From positions 3,141-67,140 of IMG/VR virus record IMGVR_UViG_2939786809_000002: 64,000 bases of DNA, one strand, 5' to 3'. Shown piece by piece: positions 63,721 to 64,000 of the stretch; position 1 is the first letter of the stretch; every line of letters begins with the position of its first letter. This DNA comes from a virus. The position numbers and the translations under genes are program-made. Below the pieces are notes generated by a model that had not been told where the DNA came from, searched no databases, and saw only the letters and a list, made by a program, of their open reading frames with translations.

Positions 63721-63978
63721 ATGACTCACTTCCCTCTCCCCGACACGCAGACCGTCATCAAGAGCGCGAGCACCTACGCCCGGGACCTCGCCGAGCGAGT
63801 TGCCGCAACGTTCCTTCAGGCGTTCGTCGGTGGGGCCGTGCTCACCCAGCCGTTCGACATCGGCATGTGGCAGGCAGCCGGTGTCGCAGGCGTTGCCGCA
63901 GCCGCATCCCTCGTCAAGGGAATCGTCGCCCGGTGGCGCGACGTCACCAACAGCGCATCCTTCGCCAAGGGAGTCTGA
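63721..63978 (+). CDS. holin (r1t-like)
   Basis: DLAERVAATFLQAF...GVAAAASLVKG; follows the endolysin. Confidence 0.8.
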   Translation: MTHFPLPDTQTVIKSASTYARDLAERVAATFLQAFVGGAVLTQPFDIGMWQAAGVAGVAAAASLVKGIVARWRDVTNSASFAKGV

Positions 63979-64000
63979 TGCGGCAGGCGGCCCGGCGGCT
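63978..64000 (+). CDS. partial CDS running off the window edge
   Basis: TGATG coupling to the holin stop. Confidence 0.4.

Larger units (their letters stand above)
1..64000. mobile_element. temperate siphovirus (prophage or plasmid-prophage), ends outside the window
   Basis: Replication, packaging, head, tail and lysis modules are all present; no host housekeeping genes seen. Confidence 0.93.

Noticed and set aside
1-64000. tRNA, rRNA, CRISPR-Cas, integrase, parA/B, reverse transcriptase/DGR
   Set aside because: No cloverleaf, rRNA-like segment, cas, recombinase, partition or RT motifs were recognised by eye; absence should be confirmed with tRNAscan and HMM searches.

Overview
This GC-rich window is most of a temperate siphovirus genome (prophage or plasmid-prophage), most likely from Streptomyces. 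It starts inside the early region and ends at the lysis cassette. No integrase, immunity repressor, att site or ParA/B is visible, so an integrated versus plasmid-like state cannot be decided here. Layout: (1) 1-18.4 kb, rightward early/replication region with a beta-clamp plus a truncated clamp paralog, RecE/RecT-like pair, SLOG protein, WhiB, orphan C5 methyltransferase, an initiator with internal iterons, a loader, a DnaB-like helicase, a nuclease and many small ORFs. (2) 18.4-30.9 kb, a Streptomyces plasmid/AICE-type conjugation module with a KorSA/KorA-like GntR repressor and its palindromic operators, an SpdB2-like and other membrane proteins, a TraB FtsK/SpoIIIE translocase and a clt-like repeat locus directly downstream. 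(3) 30.9-35.7 kb, a repressor-gated accessory block with a small alarmone hydrolase and a MazG-like protein. (4) 35.9-40.5 kb, a packaging module (MuF, TerS, TerL, portal) on the minus strand, diverging from (5) 40.6-57.3 kb, the head-tail operon with a -1 frameshift chaperone, tape measure and a GDPD tail protein. (6) 57.4-62.5 kb, a minus-strand accessory operon (HIT, RNase AS-like, XRE). (7) Endolysin and holin. The standout is an apparently complete phage morphogenesis set combined with an apparently intact, non-autonomous TraB/clt/Spd/Kor transfer system, suggesting one replicon that could spread both as virions and by mycelial conjugation. All family assignments come from motif recognition by eye; no database searches were run.
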